64,000 nucleotides of DNA, taken from positions 20,553 through 84,552 of the forward strand of contig VBNH01000072.1 of the NCBI GenBank assembly GCA_005878095.1. The letters run 5' to 3'. Under the pieces are notes generated by a model. That model was not told the origin of the DNA. It saw nothing but the letters and a program-made list of their open reading frames with translations, and made no database searches. Positions 41,064 to 52,015 of this stretch are shown piece after piece. Each line of letters opens with the position of its first letter. The first letter of the stretch is position 1. This stretch comes from Gammaproteobacteria bacterium (GTDB taxonomy: Bacteria; Pseudomonadota; Gammaproteobacteria; Steroidobacterales; Steroidobacteraceae). The position numbers and the translations under genes were made by a program.

Positions 41064-43648
41064 CTGGCGAACAACTCCTTCATGCCACCGGCGATGAGCA
41101 CCGACACATCGACCAGCACCCGTGGCAGGGCGATGCCGCCGCGCGCCACCAGGTAACGCGGTTCCCAGCTCGGCGCGAACTTCGCCTTGTAGCGCCGCAG
41201 CCCTTCGAAGTTATAGAAGTGCTCGCCGTGGCGGAAGATGAAGTTGCCGACCCGGTGCCACGCGGGTGCGAGCGGATGGGCTTCGAGGCCCGACAAGGGC
41301 GCCATACCGAGATTGAATGAGCGATAGCCGGCCGCGCGCCCCCACAGCATCAGCTCGACGAACAGGTAATCCATGGCGCTGCGCGGCGCCTCCGGACCGA
41401 AGCGCATGAGATCCACCGACAGCTCGGCCCGGGTTCCCGTGGTCCACAGGTTGGTGAATGCGGCGGGAGCTCCACCGCAGCGCACCACGGCGAGCGGGAA
41501 CTGCCGCAGGTACTGCGCCGAGAACGCCCCCATGGAAAAGCGCTTCTCGCCGGTCGATTTGCTCGCGAGCCACGTCGTGGATATGCGCTGCAGCGCCGGC
41601 AGCAGCGGCTCGATGCCTTCCGGCGGCACGACCTCGAAGGTGGCGCCGTCGCGCTGCGCGCGGCGGTGCGATTGCCGCAGCTCCGCGCGCGCGGCGCCCT
41701 CGAGCGAGAATTCGGCGAGCGGCACACGCGCCTCCTCGCCGATCTTCAGCGCCGCGAGCCCGAGATCGACGTACAGCGCGAGGCGCTCGGGGCCCACCTG
41801 GTAGAACACGGTCTGGCCGCCGTGGTGATCGGAGATCTCGCGCAGTCGCCACACCAGCTCTTCGGCGCCGTGCTTCGAGCCCACGGGATCCCCGAGCGCG
41901 ATCCAGCTGTGGCCGGCGATCTGATACATCACGAAGGCATCCCCGGCGTCGCTGAACAGCAGCCGCTTGTCGCCGGTCAGCGCGGCGTTCGCCAGCGTGG
42001 CATCCGCGCCGGCGATCAGTGGGCGCGCCCGCGCCAGCTCCTCGGGGCCGGCGACCGCGGGCTCCGGACGCGCCGGCCGCAGCATGTTCAGCAGCACGTA
42101 GGCGCTGCCGAGCACGATCACCGCCAGCGAGGCGCGCAGCATGCGCGGCGCGTTACCGTACAGGGCGAAGGTCCACCACAGCTCATCGGAGTAGCCGACG
42201 TGCCGGTGCGAGACGATGCCGATCCACACCACCATGACGATCACGCCGGCGATGCTCACCACCCACACCGGCGTGAAGCGCTCGGCGAGAATGGCGGTAG
42301 GGCGGTAGAAGGCACGGCGCCCGAGCATGAGCACGCCGAGCACCGGGGCGAGCAGGATCGCTTCCTCGAAATCGAGCCCTTTCAGGAGCGAGGCGAACAT
42401 GCCCGCGAGCAGCAACCACACCGAAATGTGATAGGCCGCCTGCACGCGGCGGAACAGCGCGCGCGACAGCACCAGCAGCCCCAGGCCCACCAGGCTCCCG
42501 CCGAGGTGCGACACCTCCAGCACCGCGAGCGGCAGGAACTGATGCAGGAACGCGAGCCGCTCGTCGATCGCCGGCATGGCACCGGAGAACAGCAGCAGCG
42601 CCCCGGCGAGGAAGGTGAGGGCGCCGGCGATCTGCGGCACCACCGGTGCGATGTACAGGCTCGCCAGCTCCTGCGCCCGGGCGAGCGCCGGGCGCTGCGC
42701 CGACAGTTCCTTGGAGGCGAACAGCAGCGTGCCGCACAGCAGCGGCACCAGGTAGTACACGCCGCGGTAGGCGAGCAGCGAGCCGAGCAGCGCGTCCGCC
42801 GGCACGTCCGGCAGGGCGAACAGCATCACCGCCTCGAAAACGCCCACCCCGCCGGGCACGTGGCTCGCGATGCCGGCGATCACCGCGGCGGCGTACACGC
42901 CGAGGAAGGTGACGAAGCCGACGTGCGTGAGCGGCGGCAGCAGCCACCACAACACCGCCGAGGACAGCGACAGGTCCATGACCGAGAGGGCGATCTGCGT
43001 GAGTCCGAGCGCCGCTCCCGGGGCGCGCAGCGCCCAGCCGCGGATCTCGAGCGTGCCGCGCGCGAGGGACGCCCACAGCGCATAGGCGCTCACCGCAGTC
43101 AGCAGCAGCGTGCCCACCAGCAGCGACCAGGTGTGGTGCAGATGCAGCACCCTGGCGGCGGGCGCGGGCGCGAACAGCAGCGACAGGCCGCCGACCGTCG
43201 CCAGCCCGATACCGAGTGACAGACTGCAGAATGCGGAGATAGTCGCCACCTCGATGGCGGTGATGCCGGCGGTCGCGTACAGCCGGAAGCGGATCGCCGC
43301 CCCGGTGAAGGCGGCGAACCCGAGCGTGTGCCCGAAGGAGTAGGCGATGAAGGAGGTGAACAGGATGCGTGTGTACGGGATCGAGCGCCGCAGGTAGCGC
43401 AGCGCCAGCACCTCGTAAGTGGACAGCAGCCAGTAGCTGAGCGCGGTGAAGGCGAGCGCGGCCAGCACCCGCGTGCGCGCGAGGGCGTGCAGGTGCTGCA
43501 ACACGCTGCGCACGTGCAGCTGCGCCAGCTGGTGATGCAGCACCAGCACCACGCCCGCAAACACCAGCAGCGTCGCGAGCGGTCCCGCCCAGCGCCACAG
43601 CGTCCGCTCCTCGCGTGCTGGGGTCGGCGCTGCGGTCGTGGCAGACAA
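41060..43648 (-). CDS. mprF: bifunctional aminoacyl(lysyl/alanyl)-phosphatidylglycerol flippase/synthase MprF
   Basis: 862 aa. A polytopic N-terminal half of about 14 TM segments, and a C-terminal DUF2156/GNAT-like synthase domain (FSMGAFS..., FNLGMAPLSG, FYNFEGLRRYKAKF). Confidence 0.9.
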   Translation of the reverse strand: MSATTAAPTPAREERTLWRWAGPLATLLVFAGVVLVLHHQLAQLHVRSVLQHLHALARTRVLAALAFTALSYWLLSTYEVLALRYLRRSIPYTRILFTSFIAYSFGHTLGFAAFTGAAIRFRLYATAGITAIEVATISAFCSLSLGIGLATVGGLSLLFAPAPAARVLHLHHTWSLLVGTLLLTAVSAYALWASLARGTLEIRGWALRAPGAALGLTQIALSVMDLSLSSAVLWWLLPPLTHVGFVTFLGVYAAAVIAGIASHVPGGVGVFEAVMLFALPDVPADALLGSLLAYRGVYYLVPLLCGTLLFASKELSAQRPALARAQELASLYIAPVVPQIAGALTFLAGALLLFSGAMPAIDERLAFLHQFLPLAVLEVSHLGGSLVGLGLLVLSRALFRRVQAAYHISVWLLLAGMFASLLKGLDFEEAILLAPVLGVLMLGRRAFYRPTAILAERFTPVWVVSIAGVIVMVVWIGIVSHRHVGYSDELWWTFALYGNAPRMLRASLAVIVLGSAYVLLNMLRPARPEPAVAGPEELARARPLIAGADATLANAALTGDKRLLFSDAGDAFVMYQIAGHSWIALGDPVGSKHGAEELVWRLREISDHHGGQTVFYQVGPERLALYVDLGLAALKIGEEARVPLAEFSLEGAARAELRQSHRRAQRDGATFEVVPPEGIEPLLPALQRISTTWLASKSTGEKRFSMGAFSAQYLRQFPLAVVRCGGAPAAFTNLWTTGTRAELSVDLMRFGPEAPRSAMDYLFVELMLWGRAAGYRSFNLGMAPLSGLEAHPLAPAWHRVGNFIFRHGEHFYNFEGLRRYKAKFAPSWEPRYLVARGGIALPRVLVDVSVLIAGGMKELFAR

Positions 43649-43663
43649 GGCTTGCGGCGTCCT

Positions 43664-45337
<1,674 letters not shown>

Positions 45338-45456
45338 GCGATTGATTATGGTCGAGCCTGGCGTCGCTGGCGATGCCTTGCACGCCGCACGATGCCTTGC
45401 AGGCCGCGGCAAGCGGCGCTGTGTTAGGCTTGCGGACACACCTTTCAGGGAGCCTC

Positions 45457-46401
45457 ATGACCCACATGAGCAGCGTGGCTGTGGTCGTCAGCGAACGCCT
45501 GGCGCGCTACGGATTCGGCGACGGCCATCCATTCGGCCCGGACCGTCTCGCCGCCTTCGTGCGCGAGTTCGACGCGCGCGGCCTCGACAAGCGGGTGCGC
45601 GTACTCGAGCCGCGCACGGCCTCGGACGATGAACTGCGCTCCTTCCACACCCCCGCCTACCTCGAGTTCGTGCGGGAGCGCTCGCAGAGCGGTTGCGGAT
45701 TTCTCGATGCCGGCGATACGCCGGCCTTCCGCGGCGTGTACGAAGCCGCCGCCGGCGTGGTCGGCGCCACCTTGAGCGCCATGGAGGCGATCATGCAGGG
45801 CGAAAGCCGGCGCGCCTTCGTGCCCATCGCGGGACTGCACCACGCGGCGCGCGATCGCGCCGCCGGCTTCTGCGTGTTCAACGACTGCGGCGTGGCCATC
45901 GAGCTGCTCAAGCGCGCGGGACTGAAGCGCGTCGGCTACGTCGACATCGACGCGCATCACGGCGACGGGGTGTTCTACGCCTTCGAGGAGGATGCCGCGG
46001 TGGTGTTCGCCGACCTGCACGAGGATGGGCGCTACCTGTATCCGGGTAGCGGCGCACTCCAGGAACGGGGCCGCGGCGCGGCCGAGGGCACCAAGCTGAA
46101 CGTGCCGCTGCCGCCCGGAGCCGACGACGAGGTGTTCGCCCGCGTCTGGCCGCACGTCATCGCGCACCTGGAGAAGTTCGCGCCGGAATTCATCATCCTG
46201 CAGTGCGGCGCCGACAGTCTCGAGGGCGATCCGATCACCCACCTGCGTTTCTCGCCACGCGTGCACGGACGCGCGGCCAAGGATCTCGGCGCGCTCGCCG
46301 ACCGTCTCGGTCACGGCCGGGTGCTCGCCTTGGGCGGCGGGGGATACAACCGCGACAACCTCGCCCAGGCCTGGACCGCGGTCGTGGAAAATCTGCTGTA
46401 G
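45457..46401 (+). CDS. histone deacetylase-family (AcuC/acetoin-utilisation type) deacetylase
   Basis: HPFGPDR, GLHHAARDRAAGFCVFND, DIDAHHGDG, and GGGGYN motifs. Confidence 0.85.
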   Translation: MTHMSSVAVVVSERLARYGFGDGHPFGPDRLAAFVREFDARGLDKRVRVLEPRTASDDELRSFHTPAYLEFVRERSQSGCGFLDAGDTPAFRGVYEAAAGVVGATLSAMEAIMQGESRRAFVPIAGLHHAARDRAAGFCVFNDCGVAIELLKRAGLKRVGYVDIDAHHGDGVFYAFEEDAAVVFADLHEDGRYLYPGSGALQERGRGAAEGTKLNVPLPPGADDEVFARVWPHVIAHLEKFAPEFIILQCGADSLEGDPITHLRFSPRVHGRAAKDLGALADRLGHGRVLALGGGGYNRDNLAQAWTAVVENLL

Positions 46402-46421
46402 ACAGGGCCTGTAGACAGGGC
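46396..46421. repeat. perfect 13-bp tandem duplication (CTGTAGACAGGGC x2) spanning the stop codon of the deacetylase gene
   Basis: Units at 46396-46408 and 46409-46421. The TAG stop at 46399-46401 lies in unit 1. Confidence 0.95.
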
Positions 46422-46428
46422 GCCGCGC

Positions 46429-47685
46429 ATGTTCCGGACGACCATGACCATCGAAGGCTTCGATCCCGACCTGGCGCGCGCCATACAGGGCGAGCGCCGC
46501 CGCCAGGAGGAGCACGTCGAGCTCATCGCGTCCGAGAACTACGCCAGTCCGCGGGTGCTGGAGGCGCAGGGCTCGGTGCTCACCAACAAGTACGCGGAAG
46601 GCTATCCCGGCAAGCGCTACTACGGCGGTTGCGAGTACGTCGACGCGGTCGAGCAGCTGGCGATCGAGCGCGCCAAGCAGCTCTTCGGCGCCGACTACGC
46701 CAACGTGCAGCCGCATTCCGGATCGCAGGCGAATGCGGCCGCGTACCTCGCGCTGGTGCAGCCGGGCGACGCGATTCTCGGCATGAGCCTCGACCACGGC
46801 GGCCATCTGACGCACGGCGCCAAGGTCAACTTCTCCGGCAAGCTGTTCCGCGCCGCGCAGTACGGCATCCGACCCGACAGCGGCGAGATCGATTACGAGC
46901 AGGTGCAGCGCCTCGCCGAGCAGCATCGCCCGAAGATGATCGTCGCAGGCTTCTCGGCGTACTCGCGCGTCATCGACTGGGCGCGCTTCGCGGCCATCGC
47001 CAGGAGCGTGGACGCGTACTTCGTGGTGGACATGGCGCACGTCGCGGGGCTGGTGGCGGCGGGCCTGTACCCCAACCCCCTGCCGCACGCCGACGTCGTG
47101 ACCACCACGACTCACAAGACGCTGCGCGGGCCGCGCGGCGGATTGATCCTGGCGCGGGCCAACGAGGAGATCACCCGCAAGCTCAACTCGCTGGTGTTCC
47201 CCGGCACCCAGGGGGGTCCCTTGATGCACGTCATCGCCGCCAAGGCGGTGGCGTTGCTCGAGGCTCTGCGGCCCGAGTTCCGCGACTACCAGCGCCAGGT
47301 GCTGATGAACGCACGCGCCCTGGCGGCGCGGCTGGCTGAGCGCGGTTACCAGATCGTCTCGGGCGGCACCGACAATCACCTGTTCCTGCTGAGCCTCGCC
47401 GACCGTAACATCACCGGCAAGGATGCCGACGCGGCCCTGGGCCGCGCCTACATCACGGTGAACAAGAACGCCGTGCCGAACGATCCGCGCCCGCCGATGG
47501 TGGCGAGCGGCCTGCGCATCGGCACGCCCGCGTGCACCACGCGCGGCTTCACGGTGCGCGAGGTGCAGCAGGTGGCGGATTTCATCGCCCAGGTGCTGGA
47601 CGCGGAAGGATCGGCGGCGGTGATCGAGCAGGTGCGGCCCCGGGTGATCGAGCTGTGCGGGCGCTTCCCGGTCTACGGGCCGTAG
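46429..47685 (+). CDS. glyA: serine hydroxymethyltransferase
   Basis: [38 protein letters not shown], and [14 protein letters not shown] with the PLP Lys. Confidence 0.95.
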   Translation: MFRTTMTIEGFDPDLARAIQGERRRQEEHVELIASENYASPRVLEAQGSVLTNKYAEGYPGKRYYGGCEYVDAVEQLAIERAKQLFGADYANVQPHSGSQANAAAYLALVQPGDAILGMSLDHGGHLTHGAKVNFSGKLFRAAQYGIRPDSGEIDYEQVQRLAEQHRPKMIVAGFSAYSRVIDWARFAAIARSVDAYFVVDMAHVAGLVAAGLYPNPLPHADVVTTTTHKTLRGPRGGLILARANEEITRKLNSLVFPGTQGGPLMHVIAAKAVALLEALRPEFRDYQRQVLMNARALAARLAERGYQIVSGGTDNHLFLLSLADRNITGKDADAALGRAYITVNKNAVPNDPRPPMVASGLRIGTPACTTRGFTVREVQQVADFIAQVLDAEGSAAVIEQVRPRVIELCGRFPVYGP

Positions 47686-47708
47686 CGAGCGCGCGGAAAC
47701 CAAGCCGC

Positions 47709-48299
47709 ATGCACTGTCCCTTCTGCGGCCACGTCGAGACCAAGGTGACCGACTCGCGCCTCGCAGGCGAAGGCCGGCAGATCCGCCGCCGCCGCGAATG
47801 CCTGAAGTGTGGCGAGCGCTTCACGACCTTCGAAGCGGCGGAACTCCTCATGCCGATGGTGATCAAGGGCGATCGGGGGCGCGAGGCCTTCGATGAGGGG
47901 AAGCTGCGCAGCGGCATGGAGAAAGCGCTGCAGAAGCGCCCGGTGCCGCGCGCCGAGATCGACGAGGCCCTCAGTCGCGTGGTGCACAAGGTGCGCAGCC
48001 TCGGCGACCGGGAAGTGTCCTCGCGCGCGATCGGTGAGCTGGTGATGGAGGAGCTGCGCCACCTGGACGAGGTGGCCTACGTGCGCTTCGCTTCCGTGTA
48101 CCGCCAGTTCGAGGACGTCGAGGCGTTTCACGAGGAGATCCAGCGGCTGCGCAGCGCGCGTCCGCCGGCGGGCGGCGCCGGACAGCCGCGCGCGCGCCAG
48201 CGCGCAACGGCGCGCGCCGCCAATCGCGGTCAGCTGCCGCTGCTGCCGGCGGAGCCGGCGGCGAACGACGCCACTCCCGCCCCCGGCGACAAGAAGTGA
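47709..48299 (+). CDS. nrdR: transcriptional repressor NrdR
   Basis: [18 protein letters not shown]...[17 protein letters not shown] zinc ribbon plus an ATP-cone. Unusually long A/P/R-rich C-terminal tail. Confidence 0.95.
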   Translation: MHCPFCGHVETKVTDSRLAGEGRQIRRRRECLKCGERFTTFEAAELLMPMVIKGDRGREAFDEGKLRSGMEKALQKRPVPRAEIDEALSRVVHKVRSLGDREVSSRAIGELVMEELRHLDEVAYVRFASVYRQFEDVEAFHEEIQRLRSARPPAGGAGQPRARQRATARAANRGQLPLLPAEPAANDATPAPGDKK

Positions 48300-48311
48300 G
48301 CGCTCGCGAGC

Positions 48312-49442
48312 ATGTTCACTGACTTCGACCGCGAGGCCATGCAACGCGCGCTCGAGCTGGCCGCGCGCGGGCTTTCGACCACGGACCCGAACCCGCGTGT
48401 CGGGTGCGTGATCGCACGCGAGGCACGCATCGTCGCCGAAGGCTGGCACGAGCGCGCCGGCGAGGCGCACGCGGAAGTGCTCGCGCTGCGGGCCGCCGCA
48501 GCGCAGGCCGCGGGGGCGACGGTCTACGTGACGCTCGAGCCCTGCAGCCATCAGGGACGCACGCCCCCGTGCGTCGAGGCGCTGCTGGCCGCAGGCGTGG
48601 CGCGCGTGGTGTTCGCGGCGACCGATCCCAACCCGCAGGTCAACGGGCGCGGCGCCGCGGCGCTGCGCGACGGTGGAGTCGCCGTGGAAGGAGGACTCCT
48701 CGAGCGCGAGTCGCTGGAGCTCAACTGCGGATTCGTGAAACGCATGCAGCACGGGCGCCCGTGGGTGCGGGTCAAGCTCGCCATGAGCCTCGACGGCCGT
48801 ACGGCGCTCGGAACCGGTGAGAGCCGCTGGATCAGCGGTGAGGTGGCGCGCGAGGACGTGCAGCAGTGGCGCGCGCGCAGCTCCGCCATCCTCACTGGAA
48901 TCGGAACCGTGCTCGCCGACGACCCCAGGCTCGATGTGCGCCCTGCGGAGGCCGCCGAGCCGGGCGCGCGCCAGCCGTTGCGCGTGGTGCTCGATCGCCA
49001 CCTGCGCACTCCGCCCGGCGCGCGGCTGCTGTCCGCGGGCGGCGAGGTGCTGGTCCTGACGGCGCAGAGCTCGCTCAAGGACGTGCAGTCGGGCATGCGA
49101 CTCACCGCCAAAGGAGTGCGCATCGAGACGGTGCCGGAAGAGAACGAGCGGCTCTCGCTCGGGGCGGTGCTCGACAGGCTTGGGGAGCTCGAGGTCAACG
49201 AGCTGCAGGTCGAGGCGGGTCCGACCCTCGCGGGCGAGCTGGTGCGCCAGTCGCTCGTGGACGAGCTGCTGCTGTACGTGGCCCCGAAGCTGCTCGGTGA
49301 TGAGGCGCGACCGCTGGTGAAGCTGCCCGAGCCGCTTCAGATGAGTGAGGCGCTGGGCTTCGCGCTCATCGAGACGCATCAGCTGGCCGATGACCTGCGG
49401 CTGCGCCTGCGGCCGCGCGTCGCGGCCGCGCGCCCCGAGTGA
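48312..49442 (+). CDS. ribD: bifunctional diaminohydroxyphosphoribosylaminopyrimidine deaminase / 5-amino-6-(5-phosphoribosylamino)uracil reductase
   Basis: DPNPRVGCVI, HAEVLAL, TLEPCSHQGRTPPC, and a C-terminal reductase domain. Confidence 0.95.
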   Translation: MFTDFDREAMQRALELAARGLSTTDPNPRVGCVIAREARIVAEGWHERAGEAHAEVLALRAAAAQAAGATVYVTLEPCSHQGRTPPCVEALLAAGVARVVFAATDPNPQVNGRGAAALRDGGVAVEGGLLERESLELNCGFVKRMQHGRPWVRVKLAMSLDGRTALGTGESRWISGEVAREDVQQWRARSSAILTGIGTVLADDPRLDVRPAEAAEPGARQPLRVVLDRHLRTPPGARLLSAGGEVLVLTAQSSLKDVQSGMRLTAKGVRIETVPEENERLSLGAVLDRLGELEVNELQVEAGPTLAGELVRQSLVDELLLYVAPKLLGDEARPLVKLPEPLQMSEALGFALIETHQLADDLRLRLRPRVAAARPE

Positions 49443-49466
49443 CTTGAAGGCTGCGGGCGCACTGCA

Positions 49467-50063
49467 GTGTTTACCGGAATCGTCCAGGACATCGGCACGG
49501 TGCAGGCGCTCGAGGCGCGCGGCGGCGATGTGCGCCTCGTGATCGCCGCCCCCCACCTCGATCTGGCGCGCGTTCGCGTCGGCGACAGCCTGTGCGTGAG
49601 CGGCTGCTGCCTCACCGCGACCGAGGTGCAACCGCCCACCTTTGCGGCCGACCTCTCGCGCGAGACGCTCGCGCTCACGACGCTCGGAGAGCTCGTGCCT
49701 GGCGCGGCGGTGAATCTCGAGCCGGCGCTGCGCGCCGGGGAGCCGCTCGGCGGGCACCTGCTGTCGGGTCACGTGGACGGCGTCGGCGAGATCCTCAGCC
49801 GGGACGCCGATGCGCGCTCCCTGCGCCTCACCCTCGGCGCGCCCGCACCGCTCGAGCGTTTCCTGGCGGCGAAGGGCTCGGTAGCCGTCGATGGGGTGAG
49901 CCTCACCATCAACGCCGTGCAGCCGGGGAGCTTCGCGGTCAACATCATTCCCCACACTCAGGCGGTTACCACGCTCGGCAGCCTCGCGGTCGGGGCGCGC
50001 GTGAATCTCGAGGTCGACCAGGTGGCGCGCTACCTGGCACGGCTGCTCGAGAGGCCGCAGTGA
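49467..50063 (+). CDS. ribE: riboflavin synthase (alpha chain)
   Basis: MFTGIVQDIGTV, GDSLCVSGCCLT, and the duplicated barrel (VAVDGVSLTI). Confidence 0.95.
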   Translation: MFTGIVQDIGTVQALEARGGDVRLVIAAPHLDLARVRVGDSLCVSGCCLTATEVQPPTFAADLSRETLALTTLGELVPGAAVNLEPALRAGEPLGGHLLSGHVDGVGEILSRDADARSLRLTLGAPAPLERFLAAKGSVAVDGVSLTINAVQPGSFAVNIIPHTQAVTTLGSLAVGARVNLEVDQVARYLARLLERPQ

Positions 50064-50172
50064 GGGCGCAAGCTCGCGGCGGGGCGCAGCCGCCGCCCAG
50101 GGCTTGCCCGGTCGCCGCTAACCCCAGCGGGGTTGCACTTGAACAGTCTGTGATCCCGACAGCGCCATCGGG

Positions 50173-50805
50173 CTAGAGCTGGAGCAGGCCGCGCCTGATG
50201 GCGTAGCGCACCAGCCCGGCGATGTCGTGGATGTCGAGCTTCTTCATGATCCGGTTGCGGTGCGACTCTGCGGTCTTGAAGCTGATGCTGAGAAGACCCG
50301 CGATCGCTTTGGTGGTCTTGCCTTCGGCGATCAGCTGCAGGATCTGGCGTTCGCGCGCCGTAAGCGGGTCCTCGGGCTCATTGCTCTGATGCAGGTACGC
50401 GTCGACCAGCGACGTGGCCACGCCGGGGCTGATATAGATCGCGCCGCCCCTGACCTCCTGGATCGCACGGATCAGGTCGTCGGCCGCCTGCGTCTTCAGC
50501 ACGTAGCCCTTGGCGCCTGCCTGCAGCGCCTGCAGGACGTAGGGCCGATCGGTGTACATCGTCAGGAGAATGGCCCTGGTGTCGGGCGACACGCGATGGA
50601 TCTCGTGTATCGCATCCAGGCCGTTCAACAAAGGCATCGCCAGGTCGAGCACCGCGATGCCGGGCTGGAGACTCTTGGCGAGCTTGCAGGCCTCGTGTCC
50701 GTCGGAGGCCTCGCCGACCACCTCGTGTCCGGACTTCTCCAGCAGCGCGCGCACGCCCTGGCGCATGATCTGGTGGTCTTCGGCAAGCAATACCCGGGAG
50801 CCCAT
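50173..50805 (-). CDS. NarL/FixJ (LuxR-type HTH) response regulator
   Basis: Receiver VLLAEDHQIMRQG...AVLDLAMPLLNG, and HTH LTARERQILQLIAEGKTTKAIAGLLSISFKTAESHRNRIMKKL. ATG 50805 lies 1 nt after the kinase stop (TGAAATG), with a GGAGG ribosome-binding site. Confidence 0.9.
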   Translation of the reverse strand: MGSRVLLAEDHQIMRQGVRALLEKSGHEVVGEASDGHEACKLAKSLQPGIAVLDLAMPLLNGLDAIHEIHRVSPDTRAILLTMYTDRPYVLQALQAGAKGYVLKTQAADDLIRAIQEVRGGAIYISPGVATSLVDAYLHQSNEPEDPLTARERQILQLIAEGKTTKAIAGLLSISFKTAESHRNRIMKKLDIHDIAGLVRYAIRRGLLQL

Positions 50806-50806
50806 T

Positions 50807-51940
50807 TCACCTCCGCAGAGGAATTTCGGCCCGCAGGGTCGTGCCGCCGCCGGGCTGCGAGGCGATGTGCACTGAACCGCCGAGCGCGCCGAGGCGCTCG
50901 CGAATGCCGACCAATCCGAGCCCTGTGCCGCCCTCGAGCCTGTCCGCGGCGAAACCGACGCCGTCATCGCGCACGGTACACGATACGCGCTCGGTGGTCT
51001 GGCGAAGCTCGACGTTCGCCGTGCTCGCGCGGGCGTGCTTGATCACGTTGTTGAGCGCTTCCTGCGCGATCCGATAGAGCGTGATCTCCACGGCGGGCGC
51101 CAGGCGAGCGGCGAGCTTGCCGCTCACCGCGATGGCCACCCCGGCACGCCGGCCGACGTTCTCGGCAAGAAACTGCAGCGCAGGCACGAGCCCGAGCCGA
51201 TCGAGCACCATCGGCCGCAGCTCGTGGGAGAGGTTGCGCAGCTCCGTTTCGATCTTGCCCAGGAGCCACTTCACCTCGTTGAGACGCTCGCGATGACGCG
51301 GCGGCAGTTCGTCCGCGATGTCGGCGATCGCCATGTGCACCGAGGCGAGCAGTTGTCCGGCCTCGTCGTGCAGCGCGTGGGCGATCTTCTTTACCTCGTT
51401 TTCCAGCGTCTCGTTCAGCTCCCGCCACACGCGCGCGTCGCGGATCGCCTTCTGCTGCTCGCGGATGATGCGCTCTCGCTCCTGCACGAAACCGACGGCT
51501 ACGGTGTTGGCGATCCGGTTTGCCGCCGGCTCGTAAGCGTCCAGGATCCGGTTGAGCAGCTTGAAGTCCGATCGATACCTGGCGAAGAACGAGCGCGCGA
51601 GCACGTCGCGCAACAGCAGCACGACGCCCACGACCTCGTCGGTCTGGACCCCGCGCGGGACGATGCGCTCGGAGAGGTTGCGCGCATAGGCTTGCAATGC
51701 CTCGAACGTTCCCGTCTCCAGCGCATCCACGTAGTTGTCGTACACCGAGGTCACCTCGGCGAAGATCTCCTCGTCGGTCATCGTGTTCAGCAGCCTCGCC
51801 ATGATGATCCGGCGGGCCCACTCCTTGCGCAGCTCGGTGCGCTGCTGGCGCAGGTGGGCGACCAGCCCGCGCAGCAGCACAGCGCTCGAGTCGGCGCCCG
51901 TCTCGAGCGAACGCGGCGCTTTTGCCTGAACGTCTGTCAT
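50807..51940 (-). CDS. cytoplasmic sensor histidine kinase (HisKA_3/NarX-DegS type) with a helical N-terminal sensor domain resembling RsbR/RsbU N-terminal modules
   Basis: H-box IAHALHDEAGQLL, N-box AQEALNNVIKHA, G-boxes DDGVGF and GLGLVGIRERL. No hydrophobic TM span. Strong SD (GAGGAGG) before ATG 51940. The N-terminal domain assignment is tentative. Confidence 0.85.
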   Translation of the reverse strand: MTDVQAKAPRSLETGADSSAVLLRGLVAHLRQQRTELRKEWARRIIMARLLNTMTDEEIFAEVTSVYDNYVDALETGTFEALQAYARNLSERIVPRGVQTDEVVGVVLLLRDVLARSFFARYRSDFKLLNRILDAYEPAANRIANTVAVGFVQERERIIREQQKAIRDARVWRELNETLENEVKKIAHALHDEAGQLLASVHMAIADIADELPPRHRERLNEVKWLLGKIETELRNLSHELRPMVLDRLGLVPALQFLAENVGRRAGVAIAVSGKLAARLAPAVEITLYRIAQEALNNVIKHARASTANVELRQTTERVSCTVRDDGVGFAADRLEGGTGLGLVGIRERLGALGGSVHIASQPGGGTTLRAEIPLRR

Positions 51941-52015
51941 GGCTGCCTCCTCGGGGAAAAGCGGGGACGGAACATTTTAAATCCGGGCTTCGGCAGATGC
52001 AGGTTCAGATCCGGT

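Noticed and set aside
50100-50135. Hairpin CCGCTAACCCCAGCGG / CCCCAGCGGGG between ribE and the response-regulator gene as a bidirectional terminator
   Set aside because: The stems are only 4-5 bp with no flanking U/A tracts, which is too weak to call.
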